The notes beneath the pieces are model-generated. The model was not told the DNA's origin, searched no databases, and was given only the letters and a program-made list of their open reading frames with translations. Below, piece after piece: positions 40,874 to 50,165 of a stretch of 64,000 bases of DNA. A program made the translations under genes and the position numbers. Within the stretch, counting starts at the first letter, position 1. Each line of letters opens with the position of its first letter. Source of the DNA: an uncultured bacterium (lineage in GTDB: Bacteria; Patescibacteriota; Saccharimonadia; UBA4664; SCTI01); the NCBI GenBank assembly GCA_963721685.1, contig CAVRJJ010000005.1, positions 396,980 through 460,979 on the forward strand, read 5' to 3'.

Positions 40874-41326
40874 CTATATTTCCACCTCTTTACTCTCAGC
40901 CTGCAGGGCTGCGACCCAGCCCATGAGGATCTCGATCATTCGATCATTCACCCGATCTTCCAGCTTGAAATTAGCTAGATTATCCGGCTGCAAAAAGTGA
41001 TTCACGAATGAAGTGAGCTCGAACTGCACCCTCTTTACTTCTGGATACAAAAGCTCCCCCCGGAACTCAATGTCCCTAGCCTGGCGTATCCGAGGCCACC
41101 TTGGGTTGAGATACCTGCAGAGGCGGCGATACAGATGGGTCATTGCACCTTTGTCGACGTCGTTCCAGAGTGCGAATTCCATCGCATCGTCAAGGTTTAC
41201 CCACTTCTTGCCTTCAGCGCTTGTCAAAGCATCGCCTCCAGATCGTTGTTTGAGCCTATTCTGCGAGTGCTCTACATAATACTGTGTTTTGCCTGCAGGT
41301 ACTAGTAAATTTAGCCGTACAAACAT
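40874..41326 (-). CDS. Hypothetical protein (start uncertain)
   Basis: Fills the mnmA-alaS gap; the upstream part of the track ORF overlaps alaS and was trimmed. Confidence 0.45.
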   Translation of the reverse strand: MFVRLNLLVPAGKTQYYVEHSQNRLKQRSGGDALTSAEGKKWVNLDDAMEFALWNDVDKGAMTHLYRRLCRYLNPRWPRIRQARDIEFRGELLYPEVKRVQFELTSFVNHFLQPDNLANFKLEDRVNDRMIEILMGWVAALQAESKEVEI

Positions 41327-41369
41327 TAACTTTTGATTAATCAGGTGCCTGCAGATTACAATAATCATC

Positions 41370-43256
41370 ATGACTACCGAACAAATCAGGACAAAATATC
41401 TGGAATACATGAAGTCGAATGGCCATGTGCTAATTCCGCGGGCTAACCTAGTGCCCCAAGACGATCCCACTACGTTATTTACCGGATCGGGTATGCAGCC
41501 CTTAATCCCTTATCTTCTGGGAGCGGAACATCCGTCGGGTAAGCGCTTGGTAAACAGCCAAACTTGCTTGCGGGCGCAAGATATTGAGGAAGTTGGCAAT
41601 AACCGGCACACGACGTTTTTTGAGATGCTGGGAAACTGGGGGCTGGTTGGCGAGTATTTCAAAAAAGAACAAATTCGCTGGTTCTTTGATTTTCTCATAA
41701 ATGAGATTAAGCTTGATCCCCAGAAAATCTATGTCAGCTGCTTTATTGGCAGTAAGCAGCATGCCATTCCCAAAGATACCGAGTCGGCTGAGATCTGGCA
41801 GGAAGTTTTTAAAGAAAAAGGTATAAAAGCCAAAGTTGTCGATATCGGAAGTCAGGAGGATGGCGACAAAGCCGGCATGCAGGGTGGCCGTATCTTCTTT
41901 TATGATGACGGGGAAAACTGGTGGAGTCGGGGTGGCGGCTTGGCCACTACGCCAGTAGGGGATCCTTGCGGACCTGACAGTGAAGTATTCTATGATTTTG
42001 GCGAAGACCAGCATGATTCGAGTTTCGGCGAACCCCATCCGGCCAGCGATTCGGGCCGCTTTATGGAAATTGGTAACCAGGTGTTTATGCAATATTTAAG
42101 GACAAAAGACGGTTTTGAGCCGCTCCAGAAAAATAACGTGGACTTTGGCGCGGGACTGGAACGGATCGCGGCCGCGGCTATTGATAGCCCTGATGTATTT
42201 AAAATTAGTTTGCTATGGCCGATTGTCGCGAAGTTGGAGCAGCTTTCGGGCAAGCACTATGATGATCACACCGAAGCCATGCGGGTAATCGCCGACCATT
42301 TACGCGGGGCGGTTTTTTTGGCGGTGGACGGTGTGGTCCCTAGCAATAAAGAACAAGGCTATGTGTCGCGTCGGCTGATGCGCCGGGCAATCATGCACGC
42401 CCACGACTTGGGAATTGAAAAAGAGTTTGTCCAAGAGATTGTTCCGGTGATTGCCGACCTCTACCAAGACGACTATCCTGAAGCGGCTGAGCGGCGGGCG
42501 CAAGTAATAGATGCGTTAGTCCGGGAAGAAAAGTTATTTCGGCAGACCTTGCGCAATGGCTTAAGGGAGTTTGAAAAGCGAACCGTTAAAACCACCATTC
42601 TAGATGGGGAGATGCTGTTCACGCTTTATGATACCTATGGTTTCCCGGTAGAAGTCACTAAAGAGGAAGCCCATAAGCGAAAGCTGGAAATTTCCGAAGA
42701 CGCCGATAAGGTTTTTGATACCTTGCTTGCCGAGCAGCGCCAGCGTTCGCAAACCGCCAGCAAGGGCGTCTTTAAGGGCGGTCTTGCCGACCAAAGTGAC
42801 GACACCAAAAAACACCATACTGCCACGCACTTAATGTATGAAGCATTGCGGCAGGTGCTAGGCGCCCATGTAACCCAACGCGGATCCAATGTTACGGCCG
42901 AGCGACTGCGGTTCGACTTTAACCATGACGCTAAAATGACTGACGAAGAGAAGCGAGAAGTAGAACGTATTGTGAACGAGCAAATTGATAACGATTTAGC
43001 AGTGAGCTTTACCGAGTATCCCACCGACGAAGCCTTTAAGCTCGGGGCCAAGGGTGCGTTTGGAGACAAGTACGGCGACCGCGTAAAGGTATATACCATG
43101 GGTAAGCCTGGAGAAAAGCCTTTTAGTATTGAAATTTGCGGCGGGCCGCATGTCGAACATACTGGTGCGCTAGGCGAGGGTGGTAAGCGCTTCAAAATAC
43201 AGAAAGAGGAATCGTCCAGCGCGGGGGTACGGCGTATTAAGGCGGAGCTAGTTTAA
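41370..43256 (+). CDS. alaS: Alanine--tRNA ligase, compact form
   Basis: HTTFFEMLGNW, CGPDSE, GLERI, HTATH and CGGPH; ends at AGVRRIKAEL. Confidence 0.96.
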   Translation: MTTEQIRTKYLEYMKSNGHVLIPRANLVPQDDPTTLFTGSGMQPLIPYLLGAEHPSGKRLVNSQTCLRAQDIEEVGNNRHTTFFEMLGNWGLVGEYFKKEQIRWFFDFLINEIKLDPQKIYVSCFIGSKQHAIPKDTESAEIWQEVFKEKGIKAKVVDIGSQEDGDKAGMQGGRIFFYDDGENWWSRGGGLATTPVGDPCGPDSEVFYDFGEDQHDSSFGEPHPASDSGRFMEIGNQVFMQYLRTKDGFEPLQKNNVDFGAGLERIAAAAIDSPDVFKISLLWPIVAKLEQLSGKHYDDHTEAMRVIADHLRGAVFLAVDGVVPSNKEQGYVSRRLMRRAIMHAHDLGIEKEFVQEIVPVIADLYQDDYPEAAERRAQVIDALVREEKLFRQTLRNGLREFEKRTVKTTILDGEMLFTLYDTYGFPVEVTKEEAHKRKLEISEDADKVFDTLLAEQRQRSQTASKGVFKGGLADQSDDTKKHHTATHLMYEALRQVLGAHVTQRGSNVTAERLRFDFNHDAKMTDEEKREVERIVNEQIDNDLAVSFTEYPTDEAFKLGAKGAFGDKYGDRVKVYTMGKPGEKPFSIEICGGPHVEHTGALGEGGKRFKIQKEESSSAGVRRIKAELV

Positions 43257-43274
43257 TATGACTAACTATTAATT

Positions 43275-43314
43275 TGATACACGAAGTGTACCTTAGTGAT
43301 ACATTTAATGTACC
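43275..43314. promoter_or_regulatory. Tandem palindromic operator-like repeat
   Basis: TGATACA-N5-TGTACC twice, with a 22-bp period. Confidence 0.55.
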
Positions 43315-43420
43315 GAAAAAATAAAAAGGCTTGAAAAATACATAAAACTCTTGCCAAAGCATAAGCAGTTTGATTAACTTAAAGTAAATCTAGTACAAAA
43401 AGACAAAAAGGGAAACAAAA

Positions 43421-43576
43421 ATGCTAAACGCTAGCTCCGCCAATTCGCGCAGCACTATCATATTTGAATTAATTGTAGGGGTTACCGTAATAGCCGCTGT
43501 CGGTTTAGGTGTCTATCAGCTTCAGCACCCGGAGCTCACTCAGCAGCAGCAGATCCAAGCGGCGTTTGAGCATTAA
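43421..43576 (+). CDS. 51-aa single-TM protein with pilin-like N-terminus (not in the ORF track)
   Basis: MLNASSANSRS-TIIFELIVGVTVIAAVGLGVY...; SD AAGGGA; promoter upstream. Confidence 0.6.
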   Translation: MLNASSANSRSTIIFELIVGVTVIAAVGLGVYQLQHPELTQQQQIQAAFEH

Positions 43577-43590
43577 AATTACTTAAGAAC

Positions 43591-43640
43591 AAAAAGAGAA
43601 CCCGCATCGAAGTGAAGCGGGTTCTCTTCGATGCGGGTTG
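43591..43640 (-). terminator. Terminator with two alternative pairings
   Basis: GAGAACCCGC/GCGGGTTCTC and AACCCGCATCGAAG/CTTCGATGCGGGTT share one arm; T tract on the minus strand. Confidence 0.7.
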
Positions 43641-43706
43641 AGGGCTGAGCGCCGAAGGCTTGTATGGGCCTTCGGGCAGGGCTGGCGGGGATCGCCGCGG
43701 GTCGGG

Positions 43707-44105
43707 CTAGCTGAGCACCTCATCGATCGGCACGGACTTGCCGGCCGCGTCGCGGAGCGGCCCGAGAATCCGGATCGAATCAACCCCGAGGGCGATCCTG
43801 ATGAGATCGGAAATCGCCAGAACCAGCTCGCGGCCGATCATCTCCTCCGGGACGTCGACCTTCAGGTTGCAAAGCTGGTCCGCCCGGTGGAAGTAGTCGG
43901 CTCGTGTGATGCCAGCCAGAACGCCCGCCTGCTCTTCGCGAACGAGACGAGCGATACCGGTGCCGACCTCGAGTCCCATCGGTGGGAAGGTGAAACGAAG
44001 TGTCTTGGAAACGATCGTCGCCCCTTCACTGGTAGCGATGAGGATGGTGGGGGTATCGGCGTGACGTTCGGTCGTGCCTGTTGCTGCATGTGCATCCGTG
44101 GTCAT
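43707..44105 (-). CDS. GC-rich orphan hypothetical protein (132 aa)
   Basis: SD AGGAGGG; promoter TTGACC-N17-TAGAAT at 44174-44146; terminator downstream. Confidence 0.65.
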   Translation of the reverse strand: MTTDAHAATGTTERHADTPTILIATSEGATIVSKTLRFTFPPMGLEVGTGIARLVREEQAGVLAGITRADYFHRADQLCNLKVDVPEEMIGRELVLAISDLIRIALGVDSIRILGPLRDAAGKSVPIDEVLS

Positions 44106-44251
44106 GGGTTCCCTCCTGGGTGGGTTGCGGATTCAGCGTTGATATATTCTAACATATAATTGCTTTTAGGTCAATGTGCAATCTCTACAACCTGCTTATG
44201 GTAAAAAAGGCATAGACACGGTACAATAACCCTGTAGGATTATATTTTTAC

Positions 44252-45515
44252 ATGGCATTGAAGCTCGTCGATAAAATTCGGAAAAAAGGTGACAGCGAAC
44301 AGTATATTGTGGCGCTGGATATTGGTACCGAATTTGTTAAAGCCCTGATTGGCAGGGTGAAAGGCGATAAGATTGAAATTATTGGAGTTGGCCGGCAACA
44401 TCAGCGCTTAACCGATATGGCATCGGGAGCGGTAACCGATATTGCCGGGGTGGTAGATAACTGTGATGCGGCCCTAAAGCAGGCTGAAGAAATGGCTGGG
44501 GTCGTTGCCAAAGATGTTGTTCTGGGGATTGCCGGAGAGCTGGTAAAAGGGACCTCAACCACCATTAAATATAAGCGCACTGACGCCCAAAGCCGCATTG
44601 AAATGAGCGAACTGCGTAAAATTTTAGACCGGGTTCAAGAGCGGGCATTTGAGCGTGCCCGGGAAACTCTTGCCTGGGAAACTGGCCAACAGGAAATTGA
44701 TGTAAAAATGGTGAACACGGCAATTGTGGATGTCCAAATTGACGGTTACCGGGTTACCAATCCCATTGGCTTCCAGGGGCGGGACGTATCGATTCAGCTT
44801 TTTAACGCGTTCGCCCCAATGGTGCACATCGGGGCCTTGCAGCAAGTAGGCAATAATTTAGACTTAAATATTATCAATATCGCCGCCGAACCATTCGCGG
44901 TGGCCAAAAGTGTTGGCGGGCGAGGATTCCAGCGACTTTAGCGCCATTTTTATTGATATTGGCGGCGGTACAACCGATATTGCGGTGGTTGATAACGGCG
45001 GCGTTGAAGGTACTAAGATGTTTGGAATTGGCGGTCGCTCGTTTACCAAGCGTATTGCCCAAATGATGGACATTAGCTTTGAAAAGGCGGAAGAGTTAAA
45101 GCTGGAATATTCAGCCGGAACGCTGGCTCATGTAGCCGATAAGCAGGCTGTAGCGGAGGCGGTTAAGGCCGATATTAACGTTTGGCTTTCGGGTGTTGAG
45201 CTAAGCTTGGCGGAGTTCACGAAGCTTGATCATCTGCCAGCCAAAATCCTCTTATGCGGCGGAGGTACCGGCCTTCCGGAAATTATGAAAGCTCTTAAGG
45301 GTGACTGGTATAAAGAACTTCCTTTTGCGCGCAAGCCGATAATCAGCCACATTCAACCTTCTATGGTTTCCCGGGTAATAGACACAACCGGGCAGCTTAC
45401 CAGTTACGCCGATATTACTCCGATGGGGCTGGCAAACCTTGGCCTTGATGTTATAAACACCGGCAGTATCAGTGAAAGTGTGCTGCAAAAACTAAGTAAG
45501 AGCTTGCAGAACTAA
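44252..45515 (+). CDS. FtsA/PilM-like actin-fold ATPase, split by a single-base insertion near 44918
   Basis: ALDIGTE...AAEPFA in one frame; IDIGGGTTDIA and LCGGG in the next. Confidence 0.85.
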
Positions 45516-45516
45516 T

Positions 45517-47184
45517 ATGGCACAAGACTCCACCCAACCCACAAATGGCGTAATATACCTCGAAGCCGATGAAGATATCACCGCGGCGGTTGATAAGCTG
45601 GTTAAATCTGACGCGTCCAAAGTTCAAATAGTCACCACCAAGCGCTCAACCTTATTGCAATCAGTTATTAATTTAAAACTTTTGCAAAAGGCCGCCAAAG
45701 ATGCCCACAAGGACTTGGTGGTGGTAACTACCGACCGAGTGGCAACCAGTCTTGCCGGGCGGATTGGCGTGCCGGTCGCTAGCCAGGTGGGGGAGGCCGC
45801 TAAAATCCCCTCAGCAATGGCGGCAGCTGCCGTTACTGATGATGAAATTGACGGCGGTAGCGTGGGTGAAACGCCTGAACCAGCTTCTTCTACCGGGATG
45901 ACGACACCTTTATCGACGCCGCCGGCGGAACCATTAGCACCGGCGGCTGCAACGCAGGCGCCCCCGCCTTCATCTCCCGCCAAGCCAAAGGGGCAACGTG
46001 TTCCAAGTATAAGCGCGGTTCAAAAACGGGTTATGTGGGGGGGTATCGCGCTGTTGCTGGTGGGTACAATATTCGGCGCTTTCTATTACTTTGCCGGCGC
46101 CAAGGTTACTCTTTACGCCAACGCTTCACAAGTGAATACCCAGTTTGCTTTTACGGCTGACCCAGCCGCTAAAAGTTCCGATATCGACAGTAGTGTCCTT
46201 TCCGCCCAGCGCCTTAGCTTAACAAAGGCGGTTACCGCCAGCGTGGAAGCGACGGGAACCAAAGATCTGGGCACCAAGGCCAATGGCACCATAACGGTTT
46301 ACAATAATTATGATTCCGATGACCATCCGCTTGTATCCGGTACCCGTTTTGTATCCTCAGGAGGTCTCGTGTTCCGCTCAACTGAGGATGTGGTTGTTCC
46401 GGGCGGCAATGTTAAAAACGGAAAAATTGTGCCTGGTCAGGTGGGAGTATCGGTGCAAGCCGACCAAAATGGTGACCAGTACAACTTAGGGCCAGGTAAA
46501 TATACAATTCCCGGTTTGCCCGCCGACCAGCAAACCGGTATTTATGGTCAGGGCAATCAAATGAAAGACGGCACCACCAAGACGGCAAAAGTGGTAACTC
46601 AGGCCGATGTTGAGAAAGCCCAGGTCGCGGCCTTGGCAAGCGACAAGCCAGCTTCGGCCAAAGAATTGGCCGGGAAGGCTAGTGCCAGTCAGGCTGTTAT
46701 TGACCCTTCATTGCAGCAAAACGTAACCAGCAGCGACGTGAAGCCGGCGGTTAATAGCGAGGCCCAAACCGCCACGCTTACGATCCAGGTGGCCTACTCG
46801 CAATTGGCGGTTAAAAAATCCGAGTTAGCACGGCTGGCTCGAGCTGAAGAAAGCAAGCAGCTCGGAGGCGAAAGCCAAATCTATGATGATGGCAGCGATA
46901 AGCTTGCAATGACCCTGGTTGAAAAACCGCAGTCACCGGATTCGGCCCAAAAATTCAACGCTTCCGCCACGGCTTTCGCGGGCACACGGATTGATTCCGC
47001 TGCCTTAGCTAAGGAACTCAAAGGGAAAAAATACGGCGAAGCGCTTGAGGTCGCCTCCAAGGTGCCCGGCGTGGACCGCGCCGAAATTAACTTAAAACCC
47101 GGGTGGTTCACCCGTATGCCCGGCATTGCCAACCACATTACTATTACTATTAAAGTCGCCAACATCAGCTCCAGTGACCAATAA
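45517..47184 (+). CDS. Single-TM protein with a baseplate-J-like extracellular domain
   Basis: IYLEADEDIT N-domain, Pro-rich linker, TM, KANGTITVYN..GTRF..GLVF..V.A...G..YN. Confidence 0.75.
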   Translation: MAQDSTQPTNGVIYLEADEDITAAVDKLVKSDASKVQIVTTKRSTLLQSVINLKLLQKAAKDAHKDLVVVTTDRVATSLAGRIGVPVASQVGEAAKIPSAMAAAAVTDDEIDGGSVGETPEPASSTGMTTPLSTPPAEPLAPAAATQAPPPSSPAKPKGQRVPSISAVQKRVMWGGIALLLVGTIFGAFYYFAGAKVTLYANASQVNTQFAFTADPAAKSSDIDSSVLSAQRLSLTKAVTASVEATGTKDLGTKANGTITVYNNYDSDDHPLVSGTRFVSSGGLVFRSTEDVVVPGGNVKNGKIVPGQVGVSVQADQNGDQYNLGPGKYTIPGLPADQQTGIYGQGNQMKDGTTKTAKVVTQADVEKAQVAALASDKPASAKELAGKASASQAVIDPSLQQNVTSSDVKPAVNSEAQTATLTIQVAYSQLAVKKSELARLARAEESKQLGGESQIYDDGSDKLAMTLVEKPQSPDSAQKFNASATAFAGTRIDSAALAKELKGKKYGEALEVASKVPGVDRAEINLKPGWFTRMPGIANHITITIKVANISSSDQ

Positions 47185-47575
47185 TATTCTGGCTATTGAT
47201 TATGGGCGTGAGCGGGTGGGGCTGGCGCTGGCAAGACATGGGAGCCCTCAACGGCTCATGACGCTTTCTCATGATGGTCATCTAATCGCAGGTTTAGCTA
47301 CCGAGATTCAGAAGCAGGGTGTTGGTATCGTAGTTCTAGGGCTGCCGCGCACCAGCGATGGAAATGATACTGCCTGGACTGCCGAGGTTCGCGAGTTTGA
47401 GAAACAGCTAACCAAAGCAATTTCTATACCGCTTGTTCTCCAGGATGAGTTTGCTACTACCGAGGAGGCCAAAGCGCGACTGGCGTCACAAAAGTATAGC
47501 CCCAAGCAGCAAAAGGAGTTGCTGGATCAAGAATCGGCGGTAATTTTACTTGAGGATTATATTCATGCTCTATAA
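47174..47575 (+). CDS. yqgF: YqgF/RuvX family nuclease
   Basis: ILAIDYGRERVGLA, VLGLP, QDEFATT and DQESAVILL; GTG start. Confidence 0.9.
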   Translation: MTNNILAIDYGRERVGLALARHGSPQRLMTLSHDGHLIAGLATEIQKQGVGIVVLGLPRTSDGNDTAWTAEVREFEKQLTKAISIPLVLQDEFATTEEAKARLASQKYSPKQQKELLDQESAVILLEDYIHAL

Positions 47576-48566
47576 GTTTCGTTGGATAATCGCGGGATTT
47601 GTTACGGCGGTAGTTGTAGCTTTGTTTGGAGGGTTGGCCTGGTTTTTTATGGCAAACAGTCCGGTCGATCCGAAGGCGAAGCCGGTTAGCTATCAGTTGG
47701 AACCAGGAACGAGCGTTGGCGACATAGCAAATCAGCTCCAAAATCGGAAGATTATTAAAAGCGCGTCCGCTTTTAAAATTGTGGTTACTGTAAAAGGATT
47801 ACGCTCCCAACTCAAAGCAGGATCTTATGAACTAAGTCCTAGCCAAAGTACCAGTGCAATCGCGTCCCAACTTGCCGATGGCCGTATCGCTACTAATAAG
47901 CTGGTGGTTCCCGAAGGGGCCGATATTGCTAAAATTCGTGAATTGGCCGGAAATAAAGGGGTAAGCGTCGCTGAATTTAATAAAGCCCTGCAAGCCAGTT
48001 ATGCCAATAAGTACTTAGCAGCCCGACCAGCCGGGCATACCTCTTTAGAAGGTTATTTATTCCCCGACAGTTACGAAATTGCTAAATCGCCTCAAGCTCA
48101 GCCGGTTGTTCAATTAATGCTTGACACTTTCTCCCAACGACTAGAAAAAGCGAACCTCGTAGAGCTTTTCGCCGCGCAGGGCTTGAGCGTCCATGAGGGC
48201 TTGACGCTGGCTTCTATTGTGGAGAAAGAGGTTTCCCGCCCGGCAGACCGCCCAATGGTGGCAGGCGTCTTTTATAACCGGCTTAAAATTGGCCAGCGGC
48301 TAGAAACCGACCCAACCATTGAATACGCCGCTAAGCTCACGGGCAAGCCTTTCAGCCTGTCGCTCGATTCGCCTTATAATACCTACCGGAATTACGGGCT
48401 GCCGCCCGGTCCCATTTGCAGTCCGGGCGTCTCGGCTATGGAGGCGGTGTCCCATCCGCAAAAACACGATTATTTTTATTTCCTATCCGATAAGCAAGGA
48501 AAGACCCATTTTTCCAAAACACTCGATGAACATACCGCAAACATAAAGCGCTATCTCTCAAATTAA
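47565..48566 (+). CDS. mltG: Endolytic transglycosylase MltG
   Basis: LEGYLFPDSY, ASIVEKE, SPYNTY and GLPPGPI. Confidence 0.95.
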   Translation: MLYKFRWIIAGFVTAVVVALFGGLAWFFMANSPVDPKAKPVSYQLEPGTSVGDIANQLQNRKIIKSASAFKIVVTVKGLRSQLKAGSYELSPSQSTSAIASQLADGRIATNKLVVPEGADIAKIRELAGNKGVSVAEFNKALQASYANKYLAARPAGHTSLEGYLFPDSYEIAKSPQAQPVVQLMLDTFSQRLEKANLVELFAAQGLSVHEGLTLASIVEKEVSRPADRPMVAGVFYNRLKIGQRLETDPTIEYAAKLTGKPFSLSLDSPYNTYRNYGLPPGPICSPGVSAMEAVSHPQKHDYFYFLSDKQGKTHFSKTLDEHTANIKRYLSN

Positions 48567-48681
48567 GCGGTTTTGTGCTTTTTGCAGTGATTTATCCCCA
48601 TTTCTTTGGAAAATCTGTTGAATCATTTACCTTACGCTGTAAAAGGGCGTTTTATACTATAACAAAGCCATAATCCGGTGG

Positions 48682-48710
48682 TTGACAGACATAAGCAGCG
48701 TTGATACACT
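48682..48710 (+). promoter_or_regulatory. Sigma70-like promoter with CATAAGC in the spacer
   Basis: TTGACA-N17-TACACT. Confidence 0.7.
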
Positions 48711-48917
48711 TACCAACGTACATCGATAAGCGTAAGCGCTATATATCTCTCGGTATGTCGAGGCATCATAGAAGCTGCGATTAACAATGTTGTGTTGAGC
48801 GGTCGAACGGAGGCTTAAACCTAAGGTCGAACTTCTCCCGTCCGAAATTAATCGGAGCCAAGACCGTCAGCACCCCTGTCACCCTGTTTTAATGTGACGA
48901 TGGGATGGAGATAAACC

Positions 48918-50111
48918 ATTAGTAGAGAAGTCAGCAACTCGTTGTCGATGCCAGCCATCGGCCAGAGTAAATCGGAAAACGCTTCAAAACTAAAGCTTTC
49001 CAAGACAGCTTTGCTGTCGCAACCTAACACTATTACCGAAGCCTCTACGCTAACCGTAGTGGGTAAGGGTGTGCAGGCGGCATCTGGGGTGATGCTGCGG
49101 CTTTATGCTGCCCCCCGGATGGTAATGCATGCCGGAGTTATTGGATTAGTGGGGATGATCGTCTTAGGCAGCTCAACCGGCCACCCTGCCAAGCTTAACC
49201 CTTTGGCAAGCCAGATTGGGTACGGCTCAGTTCTCGACCAAGCCGCCGCCGCCAGTGTTGCGGCTACCGTAGCAGACCAAACGCACTTATTAGTTACCCA
49301 GGAAATTGATACCACCGCCAAAACCTTAAACGAACAAATCAGCTTACCCACAACGGACGATGCCACCTTGGCAAAGCGCCAAGTGGTTGATACGGCCGGG
49401 CCAACCGCCCGCGGCGTCAGTACTTACACCGTAGCCGTGGGAGATACGATGAGCGGGATAGCGGCTCAATTTAATATCACGACCGACACGGTTCGTTGGG
49501 CAAACGGCTTAAGCCAGGGCGTTGAACTTAAGCCCGGTCAGGCTCTCACGATCCTTCCCGTCTCAGGTGTCCGGTATAGGGTACTGCCCGGGGAAACCGC
49601 CCAGGCGCTCGCTGAGCGTTTTCACGCCAATGCCGACCAAATAGTAGCCTTCAATAACAGCGAAGTAAGCGGCTTGCAGGCTGGCCAGGTTGTTATTATC
49701 CCTGATGGAATTGTAGAAGAGGCAGCCCCCGCTCCAGCAAGCTCAAGGGTTGCCAGCCAGGCAGCCGCGGCTAGCAGCGTCTCAACACCCGTTAAGTTTA
49801 CCCGGGGCGGCCCTAATGGTTACGCCTACGGCTACTGTACTTGGTATGTTGCCAACCGCCGGGCAGTTCCAGCCTGGTGGGGTAATGCTGCCAGCTGGTA
49901 TTCAAACGCGCGAATTAGCGGTTATAGCGTGGGCTCAGCCCCCCAGCCAGGTGCAATTGCCTGGAGCGGAGCGGGTTACTATGGCCACGTGGCTTATGTT
50001 GAGGGCGTGTCCGGTGGTATGGTTACCGTTAGCGAAATGAACTGGAATGGTAACTGGAACCGCGCGACCTCGCGAACAGTACCCGCGTCTTCCTTCCGTT
50101 ATATCTATTAA
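48918..50111 (+). CDS. LysM x2 + CHAP peptidoglycan hydrolase; proposed ATT start (track start 48942)
   Basis: YTVAVGDTMSGIA, GYCTWYV, GHVAYVE and SEMNW. Confidence 0.92.
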   Translation: MSREVSNSLSMPAIGQSKSENASKLKLSKTALLSQPNTITEASTLTVVGKGVQAASGVMLRLYAAPRMVMHAGVIGLVGMIVLGSSTGHPAKLNPLASQIGYGSVLDQAAAASVAATVADQTHLLVTQEIDTTAKTLNEQISLPTTDDATLAKRQVVDTAGPTARGVSTYTVAVGDTMSGIAAQFNITTDTVRWANGLSQGVELKPGQALTILPVSGVRYRVLPGETAQALAERFHANADQIVAFNNSEVSGLQAGQVVIIPDGIVEEAAPAPASSRVASQAAAASSVSTPVKFTRGGPNGYAYGYCTWYVANRRAVPAWWGNAASWYSNARISGYSVGSAPQPGAIAWSGAGYYGHVAYVEGVSGGMVTVSEMNWNGNWNRATSRTVPASSFRYIY

Positions 50112-50165
50112 TTTCCTTTAAATGAAAGCGGTGCTTTAGCCGCGTTCCTTTATAATTAAGCCATT

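Noticed and set aside
44905-44925. Programmed frameshift in the FtsA-like gene
   Set aside because: No slippery heptamer; one extra G in GGCGGGCG explains it, so an assembly indel is more likely
48590-48625. oriC / DnaA-box cluster
   Set aside because: Only one near-match (TTATCCCCA) plus weak ones, and no dnaA/dnaN nearby
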